This document shows, piece after piece, positions 8,236-18,066 of a DNA stretch of 64,000 nt. The notes below the pieces were generated by a model that saw nothing but the letters and a program-made list of their open reading frames with translations, was not told the DNA's origin and made no database searches. The stretch is from a virus. The stretch covers positions 1 to 64,000 of IMG/VR virus record IMGVR_UViG_3300030098_005028; one strand, 5' to 3'. Position 1 is the first letter of the stretch. Every line of letters begins with the position of its first letter. The translations under genes were made by a program, and so were the position numbers.

Positions 8236-9242
8236 AAAAAGCTCTTATATACGGAATAACAGGACAGGATGGATCTTATTTGTCTGAGCTTCTTCTAAGT
8301 AAAGGCTATGAGGTTGTAGGCGTTGCTAGAAGAAGTAGCACTAGCAGTACTGAGAGAATAGATCATATATGGGATCAAATAAATATTGAAGAGGGAGATA
8401 TAACCGATGCGGTATCGGTGTATAGCTTAATTAGAGAACATCAGCCAGATGAAATATATAACTTAGCAGCACAAAGTCATGTTAAAACTTCTTTTGACCA
8501 ACCTCTTTATACTTGGCAAGTTAATGCTGAAGGCCCCCTTAATATTCTTGAGGCTATTAGGCAACATTCTCCTCATTCTAAATTCTATCAAGCTTCGACC
8601 AGCGAGATGTTTGGGAAAAACTTTACAGAAAAGTCTGGAAGAAAATACCAAGACGAACAGACTCCATTTCTACCGCAGTCCCCTTATGCTGTCGCTAAAC
8701 TTGCATCTCATCATACCGTGCGACTTTATCGGGAATCTTATGGTATTTTTGCTTGCTCAGGCATTCTTTTTAATCATGAATCTGAAAGACGTGGTGAGCT
8801 TTTCGTTACTAGAAAAATCACAAAGTATGTTTCCAGAAGATATAACAACCCAGATTTAGATGAAATGTTAAGGCTTGGAAATTTAGAAGCTAGGAGAGAC
8901 TGGGGACACGCTGAAGATTATGTCCGTGGTATGTGGTTAATGTTACAACAAGACAATCCTGAAGATTATGTATTGGCTACAGGAGAAACCCATAGTGTAG
9001 CTGATTTTCTGAATTATGCTTTTTCATATGTGCAAGAAGAGTGGAATGATCATGTCATTATTGATCCTAAATTCTATAGACCAGCAGAGGTAGATTATCT
9101 TCTTGGAGACTCTACAAAAGCAAGAGAGAAGCTTGGATGGAAGCCCGAAATTGACTTTCAAAGTCTTGTAGAAAAGATGATTGAGTTTGATATACACGAG
9201 ACATTTAATGAGACGCAAAAGAAGCAATCGGGATTACAATGA
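8232..9242 (+). CDS. gmd: GDP-mannose 4,6-dehydratase
   Basis: GITGQDGSYL, YNLAAQSHV, QASTSEMFG, SPYAVAK, FNHES, RDWGHA. Confidence 0.97.
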   Translation: MKKALIYGITGQDGSYLSELLLSKGYEVVGVARRSSTSSTERIDHIWDQINIEEGDITDAVSVYSLIREHQPDEIYNLAAQSHVKTSFDQPLYTWQVNAEGPLNILEAIRQHSPHSKFYQASTSEMFGKNFTEKSGRKYQDEQTPFLPQSPYAVAKLASHHTVRLYRESYGIFACSGILFNHESERRGELFVTRKITKYVSRRYNNPDLDEMLRLGNLEARRDWGHAEDYVRGMWLMLQQDNPEDYVLATGETHSVADFLNYAFSYVQEEWNDHVIIDPKFYRPAEVDYLLGDSTKAREKLGWKPEIDFQSLVEKMIEFDIHETFNETQKKQSGLQ

Positions 9243-9501
9243 TCCATTTTATAAAAGATGGAGGAAGCAGGTTTATACTAGAGATAAGCATTGCTGCGTT
9301 CTTTGTAGTTCTAAAAAAAGGCTTGAAGCACATCATATAAAAAGATGGTCTGATTTTCCTCAACTTCGTTTTGACCCTAACAACGGTGTAACCTTATGTA
9401 GGGCATGTCACAGAAAGGTTACTAATTTTGAAAACAATTGGGAGCCTCTTTTTATAAAGATAGTAGCAAAGAATAATGGCAAGAAAAAAACAGACACCTA
9501 A
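9208..9501 (+). CDS. HNH endonuclease
   Basis: RD..CVLC...LEAHHI...NGVTLCRACH; start moved to ATG 9208. Confidence 0.9.
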   Translation: MRRKRSNRDYNDPFYKRWRKQVYTRDKHCCVLCSSKKRLEAHHIKRWSDFPQLRFDPNNGVTLCRACHRKVTNFENNWEPLFIKIVAKNNGKKKTDT

Positions 9502-10162
9502 AAAGCCGCCTCAAAGAAGAAGAAGACTAATAGCAAAGACTCCTAATCAAAAAAATGTACTAAAAACAATAAAAGAAAATCAAGTAACCTTATGTGCTGG
9601 GCCAGCAGGAACAGGTAAAACTCATTTAGCGGTTGGTTCGGCAGTACAGTTATTATTAAAAAATTCGGTTGACAAGATAGTTATTACTAGACCAATCGTT
9701 CAGGCAGGGGAAAGAATAGGTTTTCTTCCCGGTACAGCAGAACAAAAATTAGACCCTTACCTACAACCAGTGTTTGATGAATTGAAATATTATTTATCTC
9801 ATGCTGAAATCTCTACTTATAAAAATGAGCAGAGGATACAAGTAATTCCGCTGGCCTTGATGAGAGGAAGAAATTTCCACGATTCTTTCATCATTGGTGA
9901 TGAGATGCAGAACGCTACATTCGATCAAATGAAGATGTTGATTACAAGAATGGGCCTGCATTCAAAGCTGGTCATTTCTGGTGATTTAGATCAGTCAGAC
10001 TTGTCGAAAAAAGACCAAGGAGCATTTAGATTTTGCTTGAAAAGGTTAACTGATATTGATGAAGTAGGGATATGTAATTTGTACGGTGAAGATGTTGTAA
10101 GAAACCCACTAATTCCTGTCATGTTGGAAAAATTAGATGGCTACAAAGTACACGGTAATTAA
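9476..10162 (+). CDS. phoH: PhoH-family ATPase
   Basis: GPAGTGKT, IGFLPG, MRGRNF, DEMQN, GDLDQSD, VVRNP. Confidence 0.95.
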   Translation: MARKKQTPKKPPQRRRRLIAKTPNQKNVLKTIKENQVTLCAGPAGTGKTHLAVGSAVQLLLKNSVDKIVITRPIVQAGERIGFLPGTAEQKLDPYLQPVFDELKYYLSHAEISTYKNEQRIQVIPLALMRGRNFHDSFIIGDEMQNATFDQMKMLITRMGLHSKLVISGDLDQSDLSKKDQGAFRFCLKRLTDIDEVGICNLYGEDVVRNPLIPVMLEKLDGYKVHGN

Positions 10163-10619
10163 AGATACCAGAGAGCAAGAGGGGTGGTTCTTTACCCAAA
10201 CCACTGCTTGCGACGGAATGGTTCGAGAAAAATTAGATACCGGAGACTATAGTCTCAAGGGCTATGAGGAATTGTTAGCTATTGAGAGAAAGGGAAAGAT
10301 TAGTGAGTTTGCTCGCAATATTGTAGAAAACCGTTTTGAAAGAGAACTAGAAAGGCTGGAGGATTTTGACTATCCTTTTATGCTCCTTGAGTTTGACATG
10401 AAAGACGTTCTTGATTACCCAAGAAGTTCTAAACTTCCTAATTCAAAAAGAAGACTCACGAAAGTAACTGGTGGATTTATACTAAAAAGAATAATAGAGT
10501 TTCAAATAAGGTATAAAACCAAAATACTCTTATGTGGCGAAGAAGGATGGAAGGTAGCTCTTAGTATATTTAAAAGAGTCGTAGAAAATGAATCAAAAAA
10601 ATATAGAGAAGATTCTTGA
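10137..10619 (+). CDS. ERCC4-domain nuclease
   Basis: DTREQ, GDYS and IERK motifs. Confidence 0.85.
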   Translation: MATKYTVIKDTREQEGWFFTQTTACDGMVREKLDTGDYSLKGYEELLAIERKGKISEFARNIVENRFERELERLEDFDYPFMLLEFDMKDVLDYPRSSKLPNSKRRLTKVTGGFILKRIIEFQIRYKTKILLCGEEGWKVALSIFKRVVENESKKYREDS

Positions 10620-12633
10620 AGAAGCATATCTAAATCTGGGAGATACTTCTAAGCTTAATCTCGGAAGCCCATTGATTGATAATCGTCAGGATTGGCAAAG
10701 AGAAGATCCTGCGTTAGAGATGGTAGATAAGATGCGTGACGCTGCGTATCTTCATTGGACTTGCAAAACATTACTGAATATAGACCTTCTTCCTTTTCAA
10801 GTAACAATACTAAGAGAACTTTGGACTAGAACATTTCCGATGCTGGTTGCTAGTCGTGGTGCTGGTAAATCTTTTATACTTTCTCTGTATGCCGTTCTTC
10901 GTGCGTTACTTACTCCGGGTGCAAAGGTTGTTATTGTTGGTGCTGCTTTTCGTCAGTCGAAATTACTGTTTGAGTATATGGAAACATTCTGGCGTAATGC
11001 TCCACTTTTAAGAAATATTGTAGGAACAGGAAAACATCAGGGGCCAAAAAGAGATGTTGATAGATGTACTTTTTATATTGGCGATTCAGTCGTCATGTCT
11101 ATCCCTCTTGGGGATGGTTCAAAAATTCGTGGTCTGCGCGCAAACTATATTATTGCTGACGAATTCGCATCAATACCTACAGAAGTATACGAAACTGTTG
11201 TTCAGGGTTTTGCCGCTGTTAGTGCTACTCCAGTAGAGGGTGTCAAGAATAGAGCAAGACAGGAAGTGCTTAAATCTCTTGGTTTGTGGACTGAAGACCA
11301 AGATTCGTCTGATGATGATTTGGTGGGAATTGGCAACCAGACAATAATCTCAGGAACAGCGTATTACGCTTTCAACCACTTTGCTGATTATTGGAGAAAG
11401 TATAAGCAGATTGTAGAAAGCGGTGGCAACCAGAAAAAGCTGGAGGAAATATTTTCTGGAGAGATACCTCCGGGATTTGACTGGAAAAAATATAGTATCA
11501 TAAGAATTCCGTACCACAAACTCCCTTCTGGATTTATGGACGAAACTCAAGTTGCCAGATCTAAAGCCACAATCCATAGCTCAATTTATCAGATGGAATA
11601 TGGTGCTTGCTTCTGTACAGACTCTAACGGTTTCTTCAAACGGTCTTTGATAGAGTCTTGTGTTTGTAAACCCGCTATAGAGCTTCCAAGCGGGGATGTA
11701 GAATTCAACGCTGTTGTTCGTGGCAATCCTAACTGCAATTATGTCTATGGTGTTGACCCTGCTTCTGAAAGAGATAACTTCTCAATTATCATCATAGAAG
11801 TACATGGGGATCACAGAAGAATAGTATATTCTTGGACTACGACTAGGCAGCAGCATAAAGAAAAGATTAGCAAAAATTTAGTAGCAGAGCAAGATTTTTA
11901 TGGATACTGTGCAAAAAAGATTCGTGAATTGATGAAGATATTTCCTACTGAGCATGTAGGGATTGACTCTCAGGGAGGAGGTATTGCGATTATGGAAGCA
12001 CTACAAGACCCTGACAAAATGTCGGAAGGAGAACATAGACTTTGGCCTTACTTAAAAGGTGGCAGCAATGATCCTTTCTGGTGGGAAAAAGAAAATAAAC
12101 CAACAGACAAAGAGCCGGGATTGCATATATTGCATATGGTTAATTTTGCTAAAGCCGATTGGTTATCAGAAGCAAATCATGGGTTGAGAAAAGACTTTGA
12201 AGATAAAGTGCTACTATTCCCCTTCTTTGATTCTTGGAGCATTGGAGAAGCAATATTAAATGATAAAGAATACAGCAGGATTTACGATACTCTTGAAGAC
12301 TGCGTAATGGAAATTGAAGAGCTAAAAGACGAGTTAGCTACAATTGAACACACCCAGACAGACGCAGGAAGAGATAAGTGGAATACTCCAGAAGTCAAAC
12401 TTCCCGGCAATAAAAAGGGACGACTAAGAAAAGACAGATATAGTTCATTAATAATAGCAAACATGATTGCAAGAACACTCAAAAAGATAGCCCCAACAAA
12501 TTATTACAATCCAGTAGGAGGCTATGCGGGCAGAGATTCAGGTAGTAAAGACGGCTCTTCTGCCAAACTATATAATGGGCCTTCTCATCTAACTAGCAAA
12601 ATGACTTACGGTATGGGAGTTCGTAGACATTAA
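10588..12633 (+). CDS. terL: Terminase large subunit
   Basis: Walker A SRGAGKS, IRGLRA, Walker B IIADEF, nuclease GVDPA and KDRYSS. Confidence 0.92.
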   Translation: MNQKNIEKILEEAYLNLGDTSKLNLGSPLIDNRQDWQREDPALEMVDKMRDAAYLHWTCKTLLNIDLLPFQVTILRELWTRTFPMLVASRGAGKSFILSLYAVLRALLTPGAKVVIVGAAFRQSKLLFEYMETFWRNAPLLRNIVGTGKHQGPKRDVDRCTFYIGDSVVMSIPLGDGSKIRGLRANYIIADEFASIPTEVYETVVQGFAAVSATPVEGVKNRARQEVLKSLGLWTEDQDSSDDDLVGIGNQTIISGTAYYAFNHFADYWRKYKQIVESGGNQKKLEEIFSGEIPPGFDWKKYSIIRIPYHKLPSGFMDETQVARSKATIHSSIYQMEYGACFCTDSNGFFKRSLIESCVCKPAIELPSGDVEFNAVVRGNPNCNYVYGVDPASERDNFSIIIIEVHGDHRRIVYSWTTTRQQHKEKISKNLVAEQDFYGYCAKKIRELMKIFPTEHVGIDSQGGGIAIMEALQDPDKMSEGEHRLWPYLKGGSNDPFWWEKENKPTDKEPGLHILHMVNFAKADWLSEANHGLRKDFEDKVLLFPFFDSWSIGEAILNDKEYSRIYDTLEDCVMEIEELKDELATIEHTQTDAGRDKWNTPEVKLPGNKKGRLRKDRYSSLIIANMIARTLKKIAPTNYYNPVGGYAGRDSGSKDGSSAKLYNGPSHLTSKMTYGMGVRRH

Positions 12634-12641
12634 TGGTGTAT
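12634..12641 (+). promoter_or_regulatory. Putative late promoter motif TGGTGTAT
   Basis: Immediately after the TerL stop and before the portal; one of five exact intergenic copies. Confidence 0.65.
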
Positions 12642-12683
12642 AATTAGAATGTAATACCATTGCAGTCATATTGGAGATCCATA

Positions 12684-14846
12684 ATGTCGGTTCAGGACAA
12701 GAAAAACAACCATACAGTAGCTTTTGTAACTATAAATAACGACTCGAACAAAAATGATATCGAGCAGGCTGCTCTCGCCTATGATTCTTTTCAAGGTATT
12801 CCAAGCACTCAAGCTAGTAGAACTAGATACCACGATGTAGAGACCAATATCTCTGTTAGGAATGGTTTTACCAGAGATGACTATGAGTATTTTAGAAAGG
12901 ACGAACAGACACCCAAAAGATCGAAAGAAATTATCTCTTCTTGTATGGGTGCCTATAGAAAGATTGGTCTGATTAGGAATGTAATTGATTTAATGTCTGA
13001 CTTTGGTTGTCAGGGAGTAAGACTTACTCATCCTAATCCCAAGATACAAAGATTCTACAGAGGTTGGTTCAAAAAAATTAATGGGCTTGTTGTTTCAGAA
13101 AGATTCATGAACAACCTTTACAGGACAGGTAATGTTGTCGTTAAGAAAAACACAATGAAAATTACCGTCTCTGACATAAAGTATTATCAGTCAATCGGTT
13201 ATGACGAGATAGACATTGAAAGACAAAAACCTATAAGACAGCTTAAAAAAGTCATACCGGGAAGATATGATTTTCTTAATCCTCTTTCTATAAATGTTAC
13301 TGGTGGACATCTAGCACAATTTACAGGAAATAGAAAATACTCATTAAAACTTCCTTCAAAACTATTAAGAACATTATCAAATCCTACTAATGAAGAAGAC
13401 AAAGCTTTAGTTAGTACTCTTCCTCCTTACATCAGAAGAGCAATTCAAGAATCAAAAAGCTCCATACCTCTTGATTCAGACAAACTCTGCATATATCACT
13501 ACAAAAAAGATGATTGGCAAGAGTGGGCAGATCCTATGCTCTATTCTATTCTTGACGATTTGATGGTCTTAGAGAAGATGAAGCTTGCTGACCTTGCCGC
13601 TCTTGATGGTGCTATTTCTCAAGTTCGTCTCTGGAAACTTGGTAGTCTTGATCATGAAATATTTCCTACACAAGAAGCAGTAAATAGGCTTGCTGATATT
13701 CTTCTTAGTAATCCGGGCGGCGGTGCTTTCGATCTTATCTGGGGGCCAGAGTTAGACTTCAAAGAAACAGGAACAAATGTCCATCAATTTTTAGGATCTA
13801 CTAAGTATGAACCTGTTCTAAATAACATTTATGCTGGTCTTGGTGTTCCTCCTACTCTTACTGGTGCATCAACTGCAAGTGGATTTACTAATAATTATAT
13901 TTCTCTAAAAACTCTTGTCCAAAGACTTGAATATGGAAGAGGACTTCTCAGAGACTTTTGGGAAAAAGAAATTGAGATGATTCAAAAAGCTATGGGCTTT
14001 AGATTCCCTGCTAAGGTATCCTTTGACCGAATGGTTCTTTCTGATGAATCTTCTGAAAAAGCACTCCTGATTCAACTTGCTGACAGAAACATCATTAGCA
14101 CTGAAACCATACTAGAAAGATTTGGAGAAATAGCTGATATAGAAAAGAAAAAGGTTACTAAAGAAAATAAAGATAGAGATAGAGGAAGCATGGCTCCTAA
14201 AGCTAGTCCTTGGCATAATCCAGAACATGACCATGACTTATCTAAGATAGCTCTTCAAAATGGAATTGTTACTCCTTCTGAAGTTGGTCTTGATCTTGAA
14301 GACAAAAAAGAAGGACAAATGAGTCAGATGGAAGACCAGAGGGAAGCTAGGGAGAAGGGGCTTGAGCAAAAGAGACAGTCTATCAACCAAAAACCTAAAG
14401 GTGAACCACAACAAGGAAGACCTAGAAATTCTAGAGATTCCGAAAGAAGAAAACAAAAAGAAGTTAAGCCTGTGGGTGCTAGTTTTGTAGACATAATGCT
14501 TTGGGCTAAGAATACTCAAAACAAAGTATCTGAAATATTGAACCCAATCATGTTGCAACATTATAATAAGAAAAACATGAGAAGTCTTTCTTCTGAAGAG
14601 TTTAAAGAACTTGAACAATTAAAGTATGATGTTCTTTGTTTGGTAGAGCCGTTCCAAGAGATTAATCCACAGATAATTCATCAGTGTGTAACTAATAGAT
14701 CTCAGTCTTATTCTCATAGAGATATATTTAGAGAATCTATTCTTTCTTTTACAAAATCCAATCAGAGACAGCCTACAGTCGATGAAACAAGAACTATACA
14801 AGCTTCGTCTTACGCAATCCTAAAAAGTAAAAACATTAATTTTTGA
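12684..14846 (+). CDS. Portal protein
   Basis: Between TerL and protease, about 720 aa, portal-like helical core (IYAGLGVPP), charged C-terminal region with GRP; GGAG RBS supports ATG 12684. Confidence 0.8.
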   Translation: MSVQDKKNNHTVAFVTINNDSNKNDIEQAALAYDSFQGIPSTQASRTRYHDVETNISVRNGFTRDDYEYFRKDEQTPKRSKEIISSCMGAYRKIGLIRNVIDLMSDFGCQGVRLTHPNPKIQRFYRGWFKKINGLVVSERFMNNLYRTGNVVVKKNTMKITVSDIKYYQSIGYDEIDIERQKPIRQLKKVIPGRYDFLNPLSINVTGGHLAQFTGNRKYSLKLPSKLLRTLSNPTNEEDKALVSTLPPYIRRAIQESKSSIPLDSDKLCIYHYKKDDWQEWADPMLYSILDDLMVLEKMKLADLAALDGAISQVRLWKLGSLDHEIFPTQEAVNRLADILLSNPGGGAFDLIWGPELDFKETGTNVHQFLGSTKYEPVLNNIYAGLGVPPTLTGASTASGFTNNYISLKTLVQRLEYGRGLLRDFWEKEIEMIQKAMGFRFPAKVSFDRMVLSDESSEKALLIQLADRNIISTETILERFGEIADIEKKKVTKENKDRDRGSMAPKASPWHNPEHDHDLSKIALQNGIVTPSEVGLDLEDKKEGQMSQMEDQREAREKGLEQKRQSINQKPKGEPQQGRPRNSRDSERRKQKEVKPVGASFVDIMLWAKNTQNKVSEILNPIMLQHYNKKNMRSLSSEEFKELEQLKYDVLCLVEPFQEINPQIIHQCVTNRSQSYSHRDIFRESILSFTKSNQRQPTVDETRTIQASSYAILKSKNINF

Positions 14847-14852
14847 GATTTA

Positions 14853-14860
14853 TGGTGTAT
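14853..14860 (+). promoter_or_regulatory. Putative late promoter motif TGGTGTAT
   Basis: Intergenic, before the protease/scaffold gene. Confidence 0.65.
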
Positions 14861-14885
14861 ATTTTTGTAGCACGGAGTTCCTTCT

Positions 14886-16403
14886 ATGAAAATATATAAA
14901 TCAGAAATTTCAGACGGCCTCAGTGATATATTAAATAATCACAATAAGATCTCTATGGCTTCTGTTTTGAACGATACTTCAGACCAAAACATTGAGTCTG
15001 TTTTAAAAAGCTGTCCTAATCTTGAGTCTGCTATTGCAACTAATGAAGGACAGCTAGATTTACATTATGTAAATACAATTCTTGTATCAACTGGCTGGAA
15101 TAGAAATGACGATGTCTTTTCAAAAAAACAAGTCTGGTCAGCAAGAAAAACTCCTGAAGATAAACCATTTAACTATGAACACGATCCTTCTGATATTATT
15201 GGACACATAACTAGTAATTATGTTATGGACGATTTTGGTCGAGTAATTGAAGATGATACTCCTGAAGATGCTCTTCCTGACAAATTTCACATTGTTACTG
15301 GCGGTGTTCTTTATCGCCAATTAAGCAGTAGAAATATTGAATTGTCTTCGAGAATGGAAGAAATTATAGAAGGAATTAAAAAGGGAGAGTGGTTTGTATC
15401 TATGGAAGCACTCTTTTCAGATTTTGATTATGCCTTGTATAAGGATAGTGAAGCTGAGAAGATTATTGGTAGAAGTGAGGATAGCGCCTTTTTAACCAAG
15501 CATCTCCGTGCATACGGAGGTACTGGTGAATATCAGGGTTATAAGGTTGGACGTGTCATTAAAAATATTACCTTTAGCGGAAAAGGCTTGGTCAGAAAAC
15601 CAGCTAATCCCGACAGCGTTTTTATAGTTAATGACGACAATGTTTTTAGCGAGGCCGAGTTTATTGATAATGCTAGTTGTATTGCAAAAAATAACGACGC
15701 TATTTTAGAGGAGAATATTATCATGGCTAACGATAATACCAATGAGTCTCTTCAGCAAACTATTGCTGAATTGCAAAAGCGGCTTAAAGAAATGGACGAA
15801 GCTGCTGTCACGGCCAAATTTGAGTCTCTCGAAGCTGACATAGCTGAAAGAGATGCAAAGATTGTCGAATTGACAGAAACGCATAAGTCTGATTCTGATA
15901 AGCTGGCTGAAGCTGAAGCTAAAGTAGAAGAACTTCAGAGTGAAGTAAATACTTTAACTGAAGCTAAGGAAAATTTTGAGAAGGAACTTGAAGCTATTAG
16001 AGTAGAAGCTGCAACAGCGGCTCGTATTGCTCTTTTAACTGATTCCGGTTTGAGTAAATCAGACGCAGAAGAAACAGTTGCAAAATTTGCTGATCTTAAT
16101 GATGAGCAGTTTGAAACAATTGTTGAATTTGCAGCTAAAGCTCAATCTGAAAACGCCGATGAAACAGAAGCATCTGAGGAACTGAAGTATACTTCAGAGC
16201 CAACAGAAACAGAAGCGGAAGCAGAGGCAGAGGAAGACAGTGAAGAAGAAGATCCAGCAGAAGAAGCAGCAGAACCTGAAGCATTAGATGATGCTGAAGC
16301 TTCTGAAGATGCCACTCTTGCAGTGGCCGAAGAATCTTCTGAAGATCTAATGGACTCACTGGCTGAGTATCTTGAGACTTCACTACATGGTGAAACTAAG
16401 TAA
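14886..16403 (+). CDS. Prohead protease fused to scaffold
   Basis: N-domain with N.NDD.F, PFNYEHD..IIGH, VSME, G.GLV.KPAN; C-terminal acidic coiled coil. Confidence 0.8.
   Translation: MKIYKSEISDGLSDILNNHNKISMASVLNDTSDQNIESVLKSCPNLESAIATNEGQLDLHYVNTILVSTGWNRNDDVFSKKQVWSARKTPEDKPFNYEHDPSDIIGHITSNYVMDDFGRVIEDDTPEDALPDKFHIVTGGVLYRQLSSRNIELSSRMEEIIEGIKKGEWFVSMEALFSDFDYALYKDSEAEKIIGRSEDSAFLTKHLRAYGGTGEYQGYKVGRVIKNITFSGKGLVRKPANPDSVFIVNDDNVFSEAEFIDNASCIAKNNDAILEENIIMANDNTNESLQQTIAELQKRLKEMDEAAVTAKFESLEADIAERDAKIVELTETHKSDSDKLAEAEAKVEELQSEVNTLTEAKENFEKELEAIRVEAATAARIALLTDSGLSKSDAEETVAKFADLNDEQFETIVEFAAKAQSENADETEASEELKYTSEPTETEAEAEAEEDSEEEDPAEEAAEPEALDDAEASEDATLAVAEESSEDLMDSLAEYLETSLHGETK
15723..16403 (+). 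CDS. Nested in-frame scaffold protein (internal start)
   Basis: GAGGAG at 15708-15713, in-frame ATG 15723 at the start of the coiled coil. Confidence 0.65.
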   Translation: MANDNTNESLQQTIAELQKRLKEMDEAAVTAKFESLEADIAERDAKIVELTETHKSDSDKLAEAEAKVEELQSEVNTLTEAKENFEKELEAIRVEAATAARIALLTDSGLSKSDAEETVAKFADLNDEQFETIVEFAAKAQSENADETEASEELKYTSEPTETEAEAEAEEDSEEEDPAEEAAEPEALDDAEASEDATLAVAEESSEDLMDSLAEYLETSLHGETK

Positions 16404-16431
16404 TTACCTTAATTTTTTAGGAGAATGAGTT

Positions 16432-16935
16432 ATGGCTCTTAAAGGTGACAGATACGAAGCTCTGACTGACATCAGTTTCTTCTGGAATACTACCAGCACG
16501 GCTACCCGTGGTGGAGTTTCCTGCCTTAATAATGCAGGTTCCGGTGTTGCTCTTGATCAGTCGGCAGCTAAGGTCGAATATTCGGCAGATCCTTCTGGAA
16601 AAGTTCCAGTTGGCCTGCTTTTACAGGACGTGGTCAATATTGACCAAACACGTCAACACATTAACTATCACAAAAACGAAGCACAGTTGGGCGGTAAGGT
16701 TACTTTGCTTCAGCAGGGATGGGTTACTACGGATATGATTTATCCCGGACTTACTCCTACTGCTGGACGAGTTGCTTATCTTAACCACAGTGGCTATTTG
16801 ACAGACACATTGACAGACTCGAATGACCTCAAGCGAACCCCGCCTGTTGGTCGATTTATGTCCACTAAGGACGAAGACGGGTATGCCAAGGTCTTTGTTA
16901 GCCTGCCACAGATCCGTGGCGGTGAAGCTTCCTAG
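16432..16935 (+). CDS. Capsid decoration/cement protein
   Basis: 167 aa between scaffold and MCP, beta-rich, strong AGGAG RBS. Confidence 0.65.
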   Translation: MALKGDRYEALTDISFFWNTTSTATRGGVSCLNNAGSGVALDQSAAKVEYSADPSGKVPVGLLLQDVVNIDQTRQHINYHKNEAQLGGKVTLLQQGWVTTDMIYPGLTPTAGRVAYLNHSGYLTDTLTDSNDLKRTPPVGRFMSTKDEDGYAKVFVSLPQIRGGEAS

Positions 16936-16961
16936 TCAATAATTTTATAGGAGAATTAGCG

Positions 16962-17954
16962 ATGACTAAACCTACGAATGAAATGAGCGATCTGCTTCGC
17001 AGAACTGGCTCTGCTCATAGAGAAGAAGCACTCGCCGCCCAACACGAATTGGCTGTAGCATTGCAGACCCCAATTCGTAAGGGTGTTTTGAGTGGTGATA
17101 TTACTGGCGGCATTTTCGAGAGAATTAATCTAGCTCCGGGCGTTGCTCCTGAGTTTCCTCTCGATTTGCTCTCTCCCGGCACTGAAAAGGACTTTGTGGC
17201 TTACACAATTCCTAATCACGGTCGAATTCCAGAGAGAAATGTTGAAGGTGATTATGTTATGATTCCTACTTTTGATATCGGAGCATCAATCGACTATTTG
17301 TTGAAGTATGCACGAGATGCAAGATGGGATGTTGTAACACGAGCAATGGCAGTTCTTGAAGCTTCTTTTGTTAAGAAGATTAATGATGATGCTTGGCACA
17401 CTATCCTTGCTGCTGGCGTTGATCGTAACATTGTTGTTTACGATAGTGACGCTGCTGCTGGTCAGTTTACCAAGCGTATTGTTTCTTTGATGAAAACGGT
17501 TATGAGACGTAATGGTGGTGGTAATAGCACCTCTATTAATCGTGGCCGTTTAACTGATATGTACCTCAGTCCAGAAGGTCTTGAAGACATTCGCAACTGG
17601 GGAGTTGACCAAGTTGATGAAGTAACCCGTAGAGAAATCTACACGGCTGCTGATGGTTCGATTAACAGAATTTTCAATGTTAATCTCCATGACATTGACG
17701 AATTAGGTCAAGCTCAAGAATATCAGTTATTCTTCAAGAAGGAATTAAGCGGTTCACTCGCTACTAGTGATGTTGAACTTATTGTTGGTTGCGATTTGAG
17801 CGCCAGCGATTCCTTCGTCATGCCTGTTCGCCAAGATGTCGAAATCTTTGAAGATGATTCACTTCATCGTCAAAGACGTGCTGGCTTCTATGGTCATGCA
17901 GAACATGGCTTTGGTGTTCTCGATAACCGTCGCGTTATCTTGGGTTCCTTCTAG
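16962..17954 (+). CDS. Major capsid protein (HK97 fold)
   Basis: 330 aa, gene position, AGGAG RBS, GFYG...GFGVLDNRRV C-terminus, followed by a terminator. Confidence 0.85.
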   Translation: MTKPTNEMSDLLRRTGSAHREEALAAQHELAVALQTPIRKGVLSGDITGGIFERINLAPGVAPEFPLDLLSPGTEKDFVAYTIPNHGRIPERNVEGDYVMIPTFDIGASIDYLLKYARDARWDVVTRAMAVLEASFVKKINDDAWHTILAAGVDRNIVVYDSDAAAGQFTKRIVSLMKTVMRRNGGGNSTSINRGRLTDMYLSPEGLEDIRNWGVDQVDEVTRREIYTAADGSINRIFNVNLHDIDELGQAQEYQLFFKKELSGSLATSDVELIVGCDLSASDSFVMPVRQDVEIFEDDSLHRQRRAGFYGHAEHGFGVLDNRRVILGSF

Positions 17955-17977
17955 TAAGAATTTCGATTTTTACAATC

Positions 17978-18012
17978 GGAGACGGCGGCGTAAGCCGTCG
18001 TCTCCTTTTTTT
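17978..18012 (+). terminator. Rho-independent terminator after MCP
   Basis: GGAGACGGCGGC-GTAA-GCCGTCGTCTCC followed by T7. Confidence 0.9.
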
Positions 18013-18021
18013 ATGTTTGTC

Positions 18022-18029
18022 TGGTGTAT
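18022..18029 (+). promoter_or_regulatory. Putative late promoter motif TGGTGTAT
   Basis: Directly downstream of the MCP terminator, where transcription would need to restart. Confidence 0.7.
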
Positions 18030-18066
18030 TTTTATATATACGGCGAACATTCTATGGAGAAAAAAC

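Noticed and set aside
17836-18066. Upstream extension of the neck protein ORF (similar cases at 12660, 19104, 21822, 25303, 40469)
   Set aside because: Crosses the MCP end, terminator and promoter motif; downstream ATGs have better RBS or start/stop coupling
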